A stretch of DNA of 32,000 nucleotides from Ferroglobus placidus DSM 10642 (GCF_000025505.1 NC_013849.1:1800001-1832000); one strand, 5' to 3'; positions 18,098 through 28,984 are shown, counted from the first letter of the stretch. Numbers and translations: made by a program. The notes: generated by a model from the sequence alone, not told the origin.

Positions 18098-19048
18098 TCA
18101 GTATTTAAAATCTGGAAGAATATCTCTTTCTATTCCAAAAGCGAATTTCAGCTCCGGCAAAGTTATTATCGGCTTATCAAACTTTTTCCAGTCGTCGTAA
18201 GCTATTCTTGGGCAAGCCGTGTTCACGTAGCAATCAAAATCGAAATTTCTGAGTTTCTCCGGAGTGATTTCGTCGCAGAAGATGATGAAGGCTTCTTTTC
18301 CCTTTTCCTTCAAAATCTTCAAAGCCTCTCTTGCTTTTTTCAAGTTAATCTGCCCGGGTTTTGAAGATACGAGAATTCCGAACTTTTCGCAGTGAATTGC
18401 TTTTGTAGCGATTTTGTACCTTTCCTTTTTAAATTCGTCCGCTTTAACCTCTTCAATTTCCCCGCTGAGAGGAGAATATCTGTACACTTTCTTTCCGAGA
18501 AAAGCTATTCCGAGAGGATGGAAGAGACCGTCTCCGATAAAAAGAACGGCCTCGTACTCCCCTCTTAAGCTCGTAAAGTTACAGCCGAGAATCTGTCCCT
18601 CAAATTCTAAGTCTCCTTTCCCGAGAAAAACGTCGTAACCGCTCTTCTCAAGTTCTTCCGCAACCTCTCCAAACTTCCAAGCGTAGTTTGCCGTTCCCGC
18701 CAAAGCTATCTTTCTCTCCTTGACGGTCTTTTTTATCAATTCGACGTCGATGTGGTATTCGTAGAAGTACGGGACGAAAATAACCCTCTCAAACTTTGTT
18801 GACGAATGAGCGAGATGGATGAGGTAGTCTACGTGCTTTAAAAGATTCAGATCTACATCGCAAGAGCCGTAAGTAGGAGAGGCTGAGATAATAACTTCGT
18901 AGCCCTTCTCTTCTAAAAACTTCGCAATCTCCCTCGCCCAGTACTTCAATCCATCTGGAAGCTGCAGTCCGAGGACTTTGCCTTTTTCTATCTCAAAAAT
19001 TTTGGAAAAGTCGATTCTATCTAAGATGGTCGACGATTTTGACCCCAT
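18098..19048 (-). CDS. dph2: Diphthamide synthase Dph2 homologue (radical [4Fe-4S]); start uncertain
   Basis: [12 protein letters not shown], and three spaced cysteines in [30 protein letters not shown]. Confidence 0.85.
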   Translation of the reverse strand: MGSKSSTILDRIDFSKIFEIEKGKVLGLQLPDGLKYWAREIAKFLEEKGYEVIISASPTYGSCDVDLNLLKHVDYLIHLAHSSTKFERVIFVPYFYEYHIDVELIKKTVKERKIALAGTANYAWKFGEVAEELEKSGYDVFLGKGDLEFEGQILGCNFTSLRGEYEAVLFIGDGLFHPLGIAFLGKKVYRYSPLSGEIEEVKADEFKKERYKIATKAIHCEKFGILVSSKPGQINLKKAREALKILKEKGKEAFIIFCDEITPEKLRNFDFDCYVNTACPRIAYDDWKKFDKPIITLPELKFAFGIERDILPDFKY

Positions 19049-19580
19049 CTTTGCTGACCTCGATCTTCACCAAACTCTTTATTTTGTACCCCATTTTTCT
19101 GAGCTTCTCTGCCCCATCTCCTTTTTCTATCACCGTTACAAAGTCTTTAACTATTGCTCCCGCTTTCTCCAAAGCTTTCAAAGTTGCCAAAGCAGTTCCT
19201 CCAGTTGAAATTACGTCGTCGACGACGATGACTTCATCTCCTTTATCGATTCCGTTTATGTACAGCTTTCCCTTAGAATACCCAGTTTGTTGATCTACGA
19301 CGATCTCGTTAGGAAATCCGTAAGATCTCTTTCTCACTACTACTATTGGAATATTCACAGCCAAGCTTAGAGCTGTTGCTACGGGAATTCCCATTGCCTC
19401 TATTGTCACGATCTTGTCAACATCGAGGTCAGCTATTCTGATGATTCCAGAAACAGCTTCTCTGACTATATCTGGATCGAGCTCCGGAACGCCGTCGGTG
19501 AGGGGGTGAATAAAATAAGGGTAGTCACCTTTCATTATTATCGGAGCGTTTTTCAGACTCTCTATCAGCTTATTTAGCAT
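19017..19580 (-). CDS. hpt: Hypoxanthine/guanine-type phosphoribosyltransferase
   Basis: PRPP loop [26 protein letters not shown]; [12 protein letters not shown]; archaeal Hpt length. Confidence 0.85.
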   Translation of the reverse strand: MLNKLIESLKNAPIIMKGDYPYFIHPLTDGVPELDPDIVREAVSGIIRIADLDVDKIVTIEAMGIPVATALSLAVNIPIVVVRKRSYGFPNEIVVDQQTGYSKGKLYINGIDKGDEVIVVDDVISTGGTALATLKALEKAGAIVKDFVTVIEKGDGAEKLRKMGYKIKSLVKIEVSKDGVKIVDHLR

Positions 19581-21840
19581 CGCTATCCCTCAGCTTCTCC
19601 AGCAAAATCTTCATTTCCGTTCTCGCGACAACCTCTCTTATCCTCTGCACCGCATCGGGATTCGCTGAAACGCTGTCTATTCCCATCCTCACGAGCTTTT
19701 CGACGACGTGCGGATAACTTCCAGCCTGCCCACAGATCGAAGTTTTCACGCCGTACTTCTTACACACCTTTATTACGTGCTCTATCAGCTTCATAACAGC
19801 CGGGTGCGTTTCGTCGTAGAGGTAAGCGACGTTTTCGTTGTTTCTGTCAACAGCCAAAGTGTACTGAGTTAGGTCGTTCGTTCCGAAGCTTATGAATGTA
19901 ATTCCTTCCTTGCAGAGGTCTTCTATTATCAAAGCAGCTGCGGGAGTTTCGATCATAACGCCGAAGTCGATTTTGTCGAGGGGTATTCCCTCCTCTATCG
20001 CTATTTGCTTGGCTTTTCTCACTTCTTCGACGTTCGTGACGAGGGGCAGCATTATTCCGACGTTGGTGAATCCCTCGTCTATGAGTCTTTTTATCGCCCT
20101 CATTTCAGCTCTGAAGTGAATCTCTTCGGCGAGATCTCTCCTTATTCCCCTCCATCCGAGCATCGGGTTTGCCTCAATCGGCTCCTCTTCTCCGCCTTCC
20201 ATCGCTCTGAACTCGTCGGTAGGAGCGTCAAGCGTTCTTATCCACACCATTTTCGGATAGAAAGCCTCAACGACTTTTTTCATACCCTCGTAGAGCTTCT
20301 GTATGTATTCCTCTATTTCCCCATCTCTAATGTACTTCATCGGATGCTTCTCCAATCCCAACACCATGTGCTCGATTCTGAAAAGTCCAACTCCGTCGGC
20401 TCCAGTAGCTGCCGCTTTTTCAGCAGCTTCCGGAATTGAGATGTTCACCTTAACTTCAGTTGCTGTTATCAATGGAGCTGACGCAACTCTTACCTCTTCG
20501 ACCTTCTTCTCTTCTTTAGGCTTAACTTCTCCTTCGTAAACGACACCTCTGTCTCCGTCCACAGTTACGAGCATGCCGTCCTTCAAAACCTTTGTAGCTT
20601 CTTTCGTTCCGACAACAGCCGGAATTCCGAGTTCTCTACTAACAATGGCTGCGTGGCAAGTTAATCCACCTTCGTCTGTAACGATGGCTGCCGCTCTTTT
20701 CATAGCCGGAACCATGTCGGGAGTTGTCATCGTCGTTACAAGCACGTCTCCCGGCTGAACTTTGCTGATTTCTTTTTCGCTGAAAATCACCTTTACCCTG
20801 CCAACTCCAATTCCCGGAGACGCTCCAAGTCCTTTTACGAGAATTCTTCCCTCTCCAGCGACTTTTTCCTCCTCGACCTTACCCTTTATCGTCGTTATCG
20901 CCCTCGACTGAAGAATGTAAATCTTGCCCTTTTCAATCGCCCATTCTATGTCTTGCGGATGTTTGTAATGCTCTTCTATTATTTCTCCGTACCTCACGAG
21001 TTCTTCGATTTCTTCGTCGCTTAAGACTCTTTCCTTTCCCTTCTCGCCAAGCTCAACTTCTACAGTCTTTCCATCCTTCCTCGTTATCATGAGAGTTTTC
21101 TCGGAAACTTTGACGTCGACGAGCTTTCTCTGCCTTCTGTCGTAAACGTACGTGTCGGGAGTTACCTTCCCGCTCACTATCGCCTCTCCCAAACCGAAAA
21201 CGGCTTCGATTATGCACAGTTTTTCTCCGGTTACCGGATGGGAGGTGAACATGACTCCGCTTTTCTCGCTGTTAACCATTTTCTGCACGACAACGGCGAT
21301 GCTAACGTCTTCGTGTCTGAAACCTTGCTGAACTCTGTAGTATATCGCTCTCGGCGTGTATAAGCTCGCCCAACACCTCTTCACTTTCTCAACAACTTCG
21401 TCCTCCCCCCTTACGTTTAGATAAGTTTCCTGCTGTCCGGCAAAGCTTGCCTCTGGCAAATCTTCTGCTGTTGCCGAACTTCTCACTGCTACGAAAACCT
21501 CCTCTCCTTCTTCCTCGCACAGCTTTCTGTAAGCTTTTCTGATCTCCTCCTCAATGCTTTTCGGAATTTCTGAACTTATAATCAGCTTTCTGATCTCTTC
21601 TGACGCTCTGTTGAGCTCGTCGGTGTCCTCTACGTTTAAACCTTTCAGCATGTCGAGAATCTGGTATTTTATCCCCGTCGCCTCTAAAAACTCGTTGAAA
21701 GTTCTCGCATCTACGACGAAGCCGTTAGGAACGGGAATTTCGAGTTTCATTAATTCTCCAAGATTCGCAGCCTTACCACCGACGAGCGGAACATCCTCTT
21801 TGGAGACTTCGTTAAGCCAAAGCACAGCCATAAATCTCAC
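19570..21840 (-). CDS. ppsA: Phosphoenolpyruvate synthase (start may be MAVLW at 21831)
   Basis: [73 protein letters not shown]. Confidence 0.96.
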   Translation of the reverse strand: MRFMAVLWLNEVSKEDVPLVGGKAANLGELMKLEIPVPNGFVVDARTFNEFLEATGIKYQILDMLKGLNVEDTDELNRASEEIRKLIISSEIPKSIEEEIRKAYRKLCEEEGEEVFVAVRSSATAEDLPEASFAGQQETYLNVRGEDEVVEKVKRCWASLYTPRAIYYRVQQGFRHEDVSIAVVVQKMVNSEKSGVMFTSHPVTGEKLCIIEAVFGLGEAIVSGKVTPDTYVYDRRQRKLVDVKVSEKTLMITRKDGKTVEVELGEKGKERVLSDEEIEELVRYGEIIEEHYKHPQDIEWAIEKGKIYILQSRAITTIKGKVEEEKVAGEGRILVKGLGASPGIGVGRVKVIFSEKEISKVQPGDVLVTTMTTPDMVPAMKRAAAIVTDEGGLTCHAAIVSRELGIPAVVGTKEATKVLKDGMLVTVDGDRGVVYEGEVKPKEEKKVEEVRVASAPLITATEVKVNISIPEAAEKAAATGADGVGLFRIEHMVLGLEKHPMKYIRDGEIEEYIQKLYEGMKKVVEAFYPKMVWIRTLDAPTDEFRAMEGGEEEPIEANPMLGWRGIRRDLAEEIHFRAEMRAIKRLIDEGFTNVGIMLPLVTNVEEVRKAKQIAIEEGIPLDKIDFGVMIETPAAALIIEDLCKEGITFISFGTNDLTQYTLAVDRNNENVAYLYDETHPAVMKLIEHVIKVCKKYGVKTSICGQAGSYPHVVEKLVRMGIDSVSANPDAVQRIREVVARTEMKILLEKLRDSDAK

Positions 21841-21923
21841 CTCGAAAGTTTACCGGAGGTAGAAACTTAAAAGATTTTTGATAACCGACAAGCTTTATAT
21901 CTCCAGAGAGCAACGCTTAACCG

Positions 21924-23507
21924 ATGAAAGTTCTCGTTGCGAGCAACATCGCAAAAGAGGCAATAGAGCTGCTGAAAGCTGAAGGTATGGAAGTAGATGT
22001 CAGAGCAGACATTAGCGAGGAAGAGCTGAAGGAGGTAATAAAGGACTACGATGCGTTAATAGTTAGGAGCAAACCGAAGGTTACGAGGGAGATTATAGAA
22101 AGGGGAGAAAAGCTGAAAATAATTGGTAGAGCTGGGGTTGGCGTTGATAACATCGACGTGGATGCAGCTACGGAAAGAGGAATTATCGTCGTAAATGCCC
22201 CAGGAGGAAACACGATCTCCACAGCTGAGCTGACGATGGGTTTGATTATCTCAGCAGCGAGAAAGATTCCTCAGGCAGATAGAAGCGTCAAGGAAGGAAA
22301 GTGGGAGAGGAAAAAGTTTGAAGGACTGGAATTGAGGGGCAAAACTCTCGGCATAATAGGACTCGGAAGAATAGGATTTGAAGTCGCAAAAAGGGCTAAA
22401 AGCTTCGAAATGAGGGTGATAGCTTACGATCCTTATATCTCTCCGGAAAGAGCTAAGTCGATAGGCGTTGAGCTCGTCAGCTTCGATTATTTAATAGAAA
22501 ATTCCGACATAATCACCGTCCACGTTCCAAAAACGAAAGAAACTGAGAAGATGATCAGCTACGAAGAGTTCAGGAAGATGAAGGATAACGTAATAATAGT
22601 GAACTGTGCGAGGGGTGGAATAGTTGATGAAGATGCCCTTTACGAAGCGTTAAAGTCTGGAAAGGTTTACATGGCTGCTTTAGACGTTTACGAAAAAGAG
22701 CCCCCGAATTTCAACCACCCGCTTTTCAAGCTTGAGAACGTAATAACCACACCCCACATAGGAGCTTCAACTAAGGAGGCTCAAAAGAGCGTTGGTATGA
22801 TCATTGCCAGAGATATTATCAACTTGTACAAGGGACTTCCAGTGATAAATGCGGTCAATCTGCCAAGCCTGAAGCCTGAAGACTTCGAGTACTTAATGCC
22901 ATACATAACGTTGGCTGAGAAAATGGGGAAGATAGCTTCGGCAAGGCTTGGAGGAAACTTCAAAGAGGTTAAAATCACTTACAGAGGTAAGCTTGCAAAC
23001 AAAGATACTGCCTATGTCGCAAGAGCTTTGTTAAAGGGATTGCTCGAGACGATTCTCGGAGCGAACATAAACCTCGTTTCCTCAATGCCGATAGCGAAGC
23101 AGAGAGGAATAAGAATAGAGGAGTCGAGAATTGAAAGCACGGACAGCTACGAAAGTTTGCTGGAAGTGGAGGTGAAGGGAGAAAAGAGCATCTCGTTAGC
23201 CGGAACGAGTTTTGGCAGAGACGATTACAGGATAATCAGAATAGATCGATACAAGGTCGATTTCGTTCCAAGAGGACATTACATAATCTCGCTTCACGAA
23301 GACAAGCCGGGAGTGATTGGAAGAGTTGGAACTCTCTTCGGGCAGTACAACATAAACATAGCGGGAATGATAGTCGGTAGATACGGCGACAAGCCGGGAG
23401 GAGTACAGCTTATGCTTCTCCTTGTTGATGATCCGCCGACCGAAGAAGTTCTGGAGAAGATGGTCAAGCTCGATGGAATAATCGACGCCACGTACATTTA
23501 CCTATGA
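21924..23507 (+). CDS. serA: D-3-phosphoglycerate dehydrogenase
   Basis: NAD motif [28 protein letters not shown]-terminal ACT-like domain; 527 aa. Confidence 0.95.
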   Translation: MKVLVASNIAKEAIELLKAEGMEVDVRADISEEELKEVIKDYDALIVRSKPKVTREIIERGEKLKIIGRAGVGVDNIDVDAATERGIIVVNAPGGNTISTAELTMGLIISAARKIPQADRSVKEGKWERKKFEGLELRGKTLGIIGLGRIGFEVAKRAKSFEMRVIAYDPYISPERAKSIGVELVSFDYLIENSDIITVHVPKTKETEKMISYEEFRKMKDNVIIVNCARGGIVDEDALYEALKSGKVYMAALDVYEKEPPNFNHPLFKLENVITTPHIGASTKEAQKSVGMIIARDIINLYKGLPVINAVNLPSLKPEDFEYLMPYITLAEKMGKIASARLGGNFKEVKITYRGKLANKDTAYVARALLKGLLETILGANINLVSSMPIAKQRGIRIEESRIESTDSYESLLEVEVKGEKSISLAGTSFGRDDYRIIRIDRYKVDFVPRGHYIISLHEDKPGVIGRVGTLFGQYNINIAGMIVGRYGDKPGGVQLMLLLVDDPPTEEVLEKMVKLDGIIDATYIYL

Positions 23508-23890
23508 AGTTCGAGGACCCTTGGCTCGGAGAGCTGGAGCTTAAAGTGGAGAAAAAGAATAAGAAAATTTTTATCAAAATTTTAACTAAGAAAATGAAAG
23601 AAGATTTTGATGTGTCGGTTAAAGAATACGGAGACGCTTTTAGCGTTGACGTTAAACTTAAGGGATTCAAAGCTGTGGAATGCGAGGTAGGACTGATAGA
23701 GATATCTCCTCCGGAAGCCGGTATAGTTCTTTCGGCGAAATTGGACGAAAACAGTCTCAAAAAGATCTTGGAAAAAATTGAGGAGTTCGTTGAAAAGCCG
23801 AGAATTCTGGTAATTAGCGGAAGAATTCCGGAAGAAGTTTTCGAAGAACTTGGATACAGAAAATCTGGATTCTTTTACGTGAAAAATTAG
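23504..23890 (+). CDS. Conserved-looking hypothetical protein, ATGA-coupled to serA
   Basis: 128-aa ORF overlapping the serA stop by 4 nt; C-terminal segment EEVFEELGYRKSGFFYVKN. Confidence 0.65.
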   Translation: MKFEDPWLGELELKVEKKNKKIFIKILTKKMKEDFDVSVKEYGDAFSVDVKLKGFKAVECEVGLIEISPPEAGIVLSAKLDENSLKKILEKIEEFVEKPRILVISGRIPEEVFEELGYRKSGFFYVKN

Positions 23891-26037
23891 CTGGCTTTCC
23901 TCCTATCGACGAAAACGAGAAAAGCTGGAACGACCGTTAGAGCTGCGATCAAACTCATCAGTATTGCTAAAACGCTTATTATTCCGAAGTCCCTCATTAT
24001 GGGGAAGGGAGATATCAGCATTGCCGCAAATCCACCAGCCATCGTCAGTCCTGAGGTGAGTATAGGTTTTCCAATTCTGGTTATCGTTATTTCCACCGCC
24101 TTTTCCGGATCGAATCTTTTTCTCTCCTCGATGTACCTTTCCATTACGTGAATTGAGAAGTCAATTCCCAAACCGATAATCATCGAGTTCATGCTTGCAG
24201 TGACGAGAGTTCTGTAAAAGCCGAGAGCGTACATGACTCCGCCGGTTGTTAGAATAACGAGGGTTATAGGAATTAGGGGAACTACAGCGTTTTTCAAGCT
24301 TCTGTAAACCAAGAGGAGAAGGAGAACGACTAAAGCGTAACTTGCCATCGTCATTCTGTTCTGTCCGTTAATTATCAAATCGGCGACGAACATCTTGAGG
24401 ACGACGTCTCCGGTTAAGTAGTAATCGAATCCTCCAAAAAACGAAACTTCTCTCTTCACCCTCTCGTAGAGGTCTTTAAATTCGAGCCAGTCCATTTCGG
24501 CTACCGTGAAATATACAGCGAGAGTGTTTCCGCTGATGTATCTGTCCTTGTAGTCCCCGAGCATCTCGAGCTGGTTTTCGAGTTCGTAACTATTTTCACC
24601 TATTTTTCCAAACCTATTTTCCAGAATCTTTCCTATGGAGTTGTAGTCGATAATTTTGCTCTCAGATTTTACTACATACTTCGCAAGTTCCTCCACTTTT
24701 TTAATTTCTTCAGGACTTACCGAGTCTATTTTCGTAACGAGGATTATCCTATCTTGACTTCCGAAAATACTCTGAAGTTCGTTGAACTTCCTAATCGCTG
24801 GTAGATCCTGCGGGATGTACTTGTAGAAGTTCGTTTCGAGCGGAACTTTCTCGTAGCCGTAGTAGCTTACCGAAGCCACGACAAGAGAGAGCAAGAGAAC
24901 CGCCTTGTACTTCCTCGACGTTAAAATTGCCAAAAAGTCGAGAGTTTTCTCCGCAATGCCAGCGAGAGCTTTTTTTCTCTCCTTCCTGTCAGTTAAAACG
25001 AGAATTGCCGGGAGGAAAGTCATGCTTAGAAGAAATGCAAAAATTAAGCCGATCGCCGAAATTAAGCCGAACCAACCGAGGGCTGGGACGCCCGAGAAAA
25101 GCATCGAAAGGAAGCCTATGACGGTCGTTATTAAAGCGAGGGACAAGGCTCTGCTAACCGTTCTTATTGCGATAGCAGCAGCTTCGAAACTACTTAATCC
25201 TTTTCTCCTCTCCTCCTCGTACCTCCCCATAAACTGAGCAGCGTACTCTATACTCAACCCTATTAAAACCGGAAGAAAAGCGTTCGTAACTTCAGTCAGA
25301 GGAATGTCCAAAACAGGCATCATTCCGTAAGCGTAGCTGACGGTGATTATAGAAATCAATAAAGGAAAGAACAGGTACCTTTTTTGCTCAACGACGCCTC
25401 TAAACACTATCGAGAGAGTTACCACCATCAAGACTATCGCAGCGATTCCCATAGCTCTCATGCTTCCGCTTATGCTCTGCGAAACCTGATACCTTATCAT
25501 CGGGTTGCCGGTAGCTTCCACGACCACTCCCGGAGGAAGGTCAAGTTTCGAGAGTCTGTCTTCGATCTCCTTAGCCATCTGCTCGTACCTGCTCGGATCC
25601 GCCGTAACTTCGGCTTCAACTATTGCAAGGCTTCTTTTAGGGACGTACTGAGGTGCGAGCTGGTAGGTGAGAGACTGAAGAACTTTTTCTTCCGTTGGCA
25701 GATAACCGAGCCTTGAAACTATGGAATGAGCAGCAGACTTTACTTCGCCAATTCCGCCAACTTTTCTCAACTCGTCACCGATTTTTAGGAGGAGCTCGTA
25801 GGTTTCGTAATTTATCACGTCGTCCCCTTTCACAAAAACGTAAACAGAGGCTACGCTTCCGCCGAAATCTTTCGAGTAAAGTTTGTATTGCTTAAATTCC
25901 TTGTAATCCTCGCTGAAGTAAGTCTCGTAGCCCTGATTCATTTTCACGTTTTTCGCATTGTAACCTGAGAGTAGAAAGAATAGAACCGCGAGAAAAATTA
26001 TGAGATGTCTAAATTTTAGAATAGTTTCGGCTTTCAT
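23887..26037 (-). CDS. RND superfamily exporter, HAE3/MmpL-like (start re-set to MKAETILKF)
   Basis: Duplicated TM blocks, GLSIEYAAQFMGRYEEERRKG and GLGIDFSIHVMERYIEER; internal Met at 26037 abuts the upstream gene stop. Confidence 0.9.
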   Translation of the reverse strand: MKAETILKFRHLIIFLAVLFFLLSGYNAKNVKMNQGYETYFSEDYKEFKQYKLYSKDFGGSVASVYVFVKGDDVINYETYELLLKIGDELRKVGGIGEVKSAAHSIVSRLGYLPTEEKVLQSLTYQLAPQYVPKRSLAIVEAEVTADPSRYEQMAKEIEDRLSKLDLPPGVVVEATGNPMIRYQVSQSISGSMRAMGIAAIVLMVVTLSIVFRGVVEQKRYLFFPLLISIITVSYAYGMMPVLDIPLTEVTNAFLPVLIGLSIEYAAQFMGRYEEERRKGLSSFEAAAIAIRTVSRALSLALITTVIGFLSMLFSGVPALGWFGLISAIGLIFAFLLSMTFLPAILVLTDRKERKKALAGIAEKTLDFLAILTSRKYKAVLLLSLVVASVSYYGYEKVPLETNFYKYIPQDLPAIRKFNELQSIFGSQDRIILVTKIDSVSPEEIKKVEELAKYVVKSESKIIDYNSIGKILENRFGKIGENSYELENQLEMLGDYKDRYISGNTLAVYFTVAEMDWLEFKDLYERVKREVSFFGGFDYYLTGDVVLKMFVADLIINGQNRMTMASYALVVLLLLLVYRSLKNAVVPLIPITLVILTTGGVMYALGFYRTLVTASMNSMIIGLGIDFSIHVMERYIEERKRFDPEKAVEITITRIGKPILTSGLTMAGGFAAMLISPFPIMRDFGIISVLAILMSLIAALTVVPAFLVFVDRRKAS

Positions 26038-27803
26038 CTTCTCCTCATCACCAACAGAATCGCTACCAAAGCTAAAGCGATTTCGAATCCCGGCACTCTT
26101 TTCGCTTCTTTCACTTCTATCGGCAATTTTACTGGATCGCTTATAACCCACTCGTCGTTCAAGTCCTTGTATTTAACTTCGAGATTGAGAGCGTACACTC
26201 TCGGAGTTGCGTCGCTGTCAACCTTAAGCTTGAACGTTACGTTCTTCACTTCCCCCGGCTTCAGCGAGCCGATGTAGGAAGTGTCGTCAGTCGTGGAGAA
26301 CGGATCAACGACTGTGATCCTCGCGGTAGCTTCCTTGATTTCGTAGTCACCCAAGTTCTTTATGCCGACGGTAACGATCTTTTCCTCACCCGCCCTCAAA
26401 ACTCCCTTTCCTATTACCTCGAACTTCGTCTTTTTCTTTATCTCTATTCCGATGTCGAACTCCTCTTTGACTTCCTTCCCGAGGTCGTAGTAAATTATCA
26501 GCTTGGCTGGATAAACCGTGCTCTCCGCATCCGAAGAGGCTTTTACCTTAAATTTTAGAACAGCTTCGCTAACGTCTCCCGCAAAGTACTCTTCGGAAAG
26601 GGCTGTTAGCGGGGGATTTACCTCTATTTTCGCTTTTACCTCCTTCAGGACTCTGTCAGCTTTAATTTTTACCGCCACGTCTCCTTTGCTACCGGCGTGA
26701 ACGCTGGAATTTACTTCGACCACTTCGATTTTCGGTTTATCTTCGACAAAAACTCCGAAATTCTCCGCGGAAGTTTCCTTCAATTTGTTGTCGGAGACGT
26801 AAAATCCCTTTATCTGGAAGGGATAGTAGCCTCCTTCATCGACGTTGGCTTCGACGGTAAACGTAACGTTCACGCTTTCGTTTGGCTCGAGATCTCCGAC
26901 GTAAAATGCTGAAGAAGTCAGAAGAGTTTTTATCTCAGCCGGAACGCTTATCTCCGACGGAATCTGAAGGAAAGGAGTCTCTAAAAACTGTTTCATCATT
27001 TCGGAGTACTTTTCGACGTCAACCCTTTCCATTCCAGCAACCAGAAATCCTCTCGGCGGATTGAGGGTTACGAAAAGCTTCTCAGCTTTAGCCTCTCCGG
27101 TGTTTTTCAAAGTTACGGTTACCTTGCCTTTCCCACCAGCCACGAGTTCTGAAGTGACATTAACAACTTCGAGGGAAACCTCTGGTTTTTCCACGATTAG
27201 CTTTACCGTAATCTCCTGCTCTCTTTCCTCGTACCTGATTTTGAGGTACTCCGGATACACCACTACTTTCGTCTCGTTAACTATCGTCATAGTTTCTGGA
27301 GAAGGAATGCCTGTGGATATGTTGTAGGTCTTCCTTTCCTCTTTCGGTACGTACTGGAAGTAAGGAGTAGTCGTGTCGATGATGACTTCGTCGACGCATT
27401 CGTAGCTCAATTTAATCTTGAGGTAATGCTCGCCGCTCTTAACACCTTTAGTGTCTATTATCACCGGAATTTGAACGGGTTTGAAAGGAGGTATCGCCGA
27501 AAAACTCATCTCCGGAGTCTTTATTTTAAGCGTTTCGCTTTCGAAGCTTATCGAAACGTTGTAAGCTGTTATTAACATGCTCGGATCTTTGGAAACGAAT
27601 TCGTACTCCTCGTAGCTGTCGTAGATTTGCTTCCAAAGTCTCGCGTTGTTCTGGATTATCAAGTTAACTGCCTGCTCTTTTCCGAGTTCGAGATAATTGT
27701 CTCCAACAACGTAGGCTGTGAAGTAAGGCTTGTCCTCGTAGTCTAAAGCTGCAGCGGGAAATACGATAATGAACATTATTAAGGGGATGATCAGAGCTCT
27801 CAT
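26034..27803 (-). CDS. Secreted/surface protein with CARDB/NEW3-like repeats (COG1361-type) and PGF-CTERM-like tail
   Basis: Signal-like MRALIIPLIMFIIVFPAAALDY; repeated KGKVTVTLKNTGEAKAEK / GEEKIVTVGIKNLGDYEI; C-terminus VPGFEIALALVAILLVMRRR. Confidence 0.8.
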   Translation of the reverse strand: MRALIIPLIMFIIVFPAAALDYEDKPYFTAYVVGDNYLELGKEQAVNLIIQNNARLWKQIYDSYEEYEFVSKDPSMLITAYNVSISFESETLKIKTPEMSFSAIPPFKPVQIPVIIDTKGVKSGEHYLKIKLSYECVDEVIIDTTTPYFQYVPKEERKTYNISTGIPSPETMTIVNETKVVVYPEYLKIRYEEREQEITVKLIVEKPEVSLEVVNVTSELVAGGKGKVTVTLKNTGEAKAEKLFVTLNPPRGFLVAGMERVDVEKYSEMMKQFLETPFLQIPSEISVPAEIKTLLTSSAFYVGDLEPNESVNVTFTVEANVDEGGYYPFQIKGFYVSDNKLKETSAENFGVFVEDKPKIEVVEVNSSVHAGSKGDVAVKIKADRVLKEVKAKIEVNPPLTALSEEYFAGDVSEAVLKFKVKASSDAESTVYPAKLIIYYDLGKEVKEEFDIGIEIKKKTKFEVIGKGVLRAGEEKIVTVGIKNLGDYEIKEATARITVVDPFSTTDDTSYIGSLKPGEVKNVTFKLKVDSDATPRVYALNLEVKYKDLNDEWVISDPVKLPIEVKEAKRVPGFEIALALVAILLVMRRR

Positions 27804-27816
27804 GGTACCACCTGTC

Positions 27817-27827
27817 GTAGCCGCTAC
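27817..27827. promoter_or_regulatory. Short inverted repeat GTAG-CCG-CTAC in the exporter/TrmB divergent intergenic region
   Basis: Read directly; adjacent to a TATA-like TATTTAAACTTT (about 27839-27850) that could serve both directions. Confidence 0.25.
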
Positions 27828-27866
27828 TACGAAAATGTATTTAAACTTTTTTGAAGAGTATATACT

Positions 27867-28505
27867 GTGGACAAGCTCGTGGAAGTTCTGAGGGATTTCA
27901 AACTGTCAGACTACGAGATTAAAGTCTTGCTTACTCTCATCTCCGAAGGAGAGCTAACCGCGAGCGAAATTGCTGAAAAAAGCGGAATTCCGAGAACGTC
28001 GGTGTACGAGACTGTGAAAAGTCTGGAGAAGAAGGGACTCGTTGTTTGCAGAGGAAAACCTCTGAGAGTTAGGGCTTTAAGCGCTGAGCAGCTCGTAAAC
28101 GTTTTTGCAAAGAAGCTCGAGGAGAAGATGAGAGCCCTCGACAAGCTAACCGAGATAGAAAAAGAAAAGAGGGAGGAGATCGTCACAATATACAGAAACG
28201 AGGCAGCGTTTAACGTCCTCGAAAATATTCTCGAAAAAGCTTCGAGAATAGTGGTTGCTTCCCTCAACATTGACGAAAGGCTGAAAAAAATTCTCGATTC
28301 AAAGAATGCGAAAAAAGTAATAAAAATTAGGGAGTTCGAAAACGACTTCAGCCATGCGATAATACTTGCCGACGATAAAGCGATACTTTACACGAATCAC
28401 GAAGGAGACGTGACGATAATCGTCGGTGGAGGAGAATTTTCGAAATTCTACTTTGAATTGCTTTCGGCATTCATTAAAGATTTGCCCTTCGACGTCAAAA
28501 AGTAG
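27867..28505 (+). CDS. TrmB-like transcriptional regulator (GTG start)
   Basis: FKLSDYEIKVLLTLISEGELTASEIAEKSGIPRTSVYETVKSLEKKGLV plus C-terminal TrmB-like sensor region. Confidence 0.85.
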   Translation: MDKLVEVLRDFKLSDYEIKVLLTLISEGELTASEIAEKSGIPRTSVYETVKSLEKKGLVVCRGKPLRVRALSAEQLVNVFAKKLEEKMRALDKLTEIEKEKREEIVTIYRNEAAFNVLENILEKASRIVVASLNIDERLKKILDSKNAKKVIKIREFENDFSHAIILADDKAILYTNHEGDVTIIVGGGEFSKFYFELLSAFIKDLPFDVKK

Positions 28506-28578
28506 TAAAGCTTGGGGAAGTCCGAACAACTTCCGGAACTTACGTCAATTCTAACCAAACCAGCTTCTACGAGGGAAT

Positions 28579-28674
28579 TTAAAATTTTTTAAAATTATCT
28601 CCCAAAATTTCCTTAGCTTTTTCCTCCTCGACGAATTCCTTCTCTTTAAAGAGTTTAAGTAAAATATCCTTCAT
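28579..28674 (-). CDS. 31-aa microprotein candidate, ATGA-coupled to the upstream wHTH gene; absent from the ORF track
   Basis: Manual translation: MKDILLKLFKEKEFVEEEKAKEILGDNFKKF*; its ATG overlaps the TGA of the 28674..28952 gene. Confidence 0.35.
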   Translation of the reverse strand: MKDILLKLFKEKEFVEEEKAKEILGDNFKKF

Positions 28675-28952
28675 CAGCCAGCTTCAAGCAGCTCTATTCC
28701 GTCGTCGGTTAGCTTTAACTTTCCGTCCTCCTCCACGACGAAACCTTCTCTGATCAACCAGTCGAGGTTAAATTTCAGCTGAAAGTCGTCGAGGTTCAGC
28801 TCTTTTTTTAGTTCCTCCCTCGTTTTTCCGTGAATGCCTATCGCAGCTACTATTTGCCTTCTTATAGGGCTCATCGAAGCTTTAAACAATTTTTCGTGAT
28901 GCGCCCTATCCCTCTCTTTTTTCTCGACCATATCGAACCACCTATAATTCAA
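28674..28952 (-). CDS. Small winged-helix protein (ArsR-like)
   Basis: SPIRRQIVAAIGIHGKTREELKKELNLDDFQLKFNLDWLIREGFVVEEDGKLKLTDDG. Confidence 0.7.
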   Translation of the reverse strand: MNYRWFDMVEKKERDRAHHEKLFKASMSPIRRQIVAAIGIHGKTREELKKELNLDDFQLKFNLDWLIREGFVVEEDGKLKLTDDGIELLEAG

Positions 28953-28984
28953 AACTCTAAAACCGTAAATAACTATTTCGAAAT

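Noticed and set aside
28516-28541. Hairpin GGAAGT-CCGAACA-ACTTCC followed by TTCCGGAA after the TrmB-like gene
   Set aside because: A 6-bp stem without a clear U-tract, in a convergent gap. It could be a chance hairpin or a weak terminator, so it is not supported as a feature.
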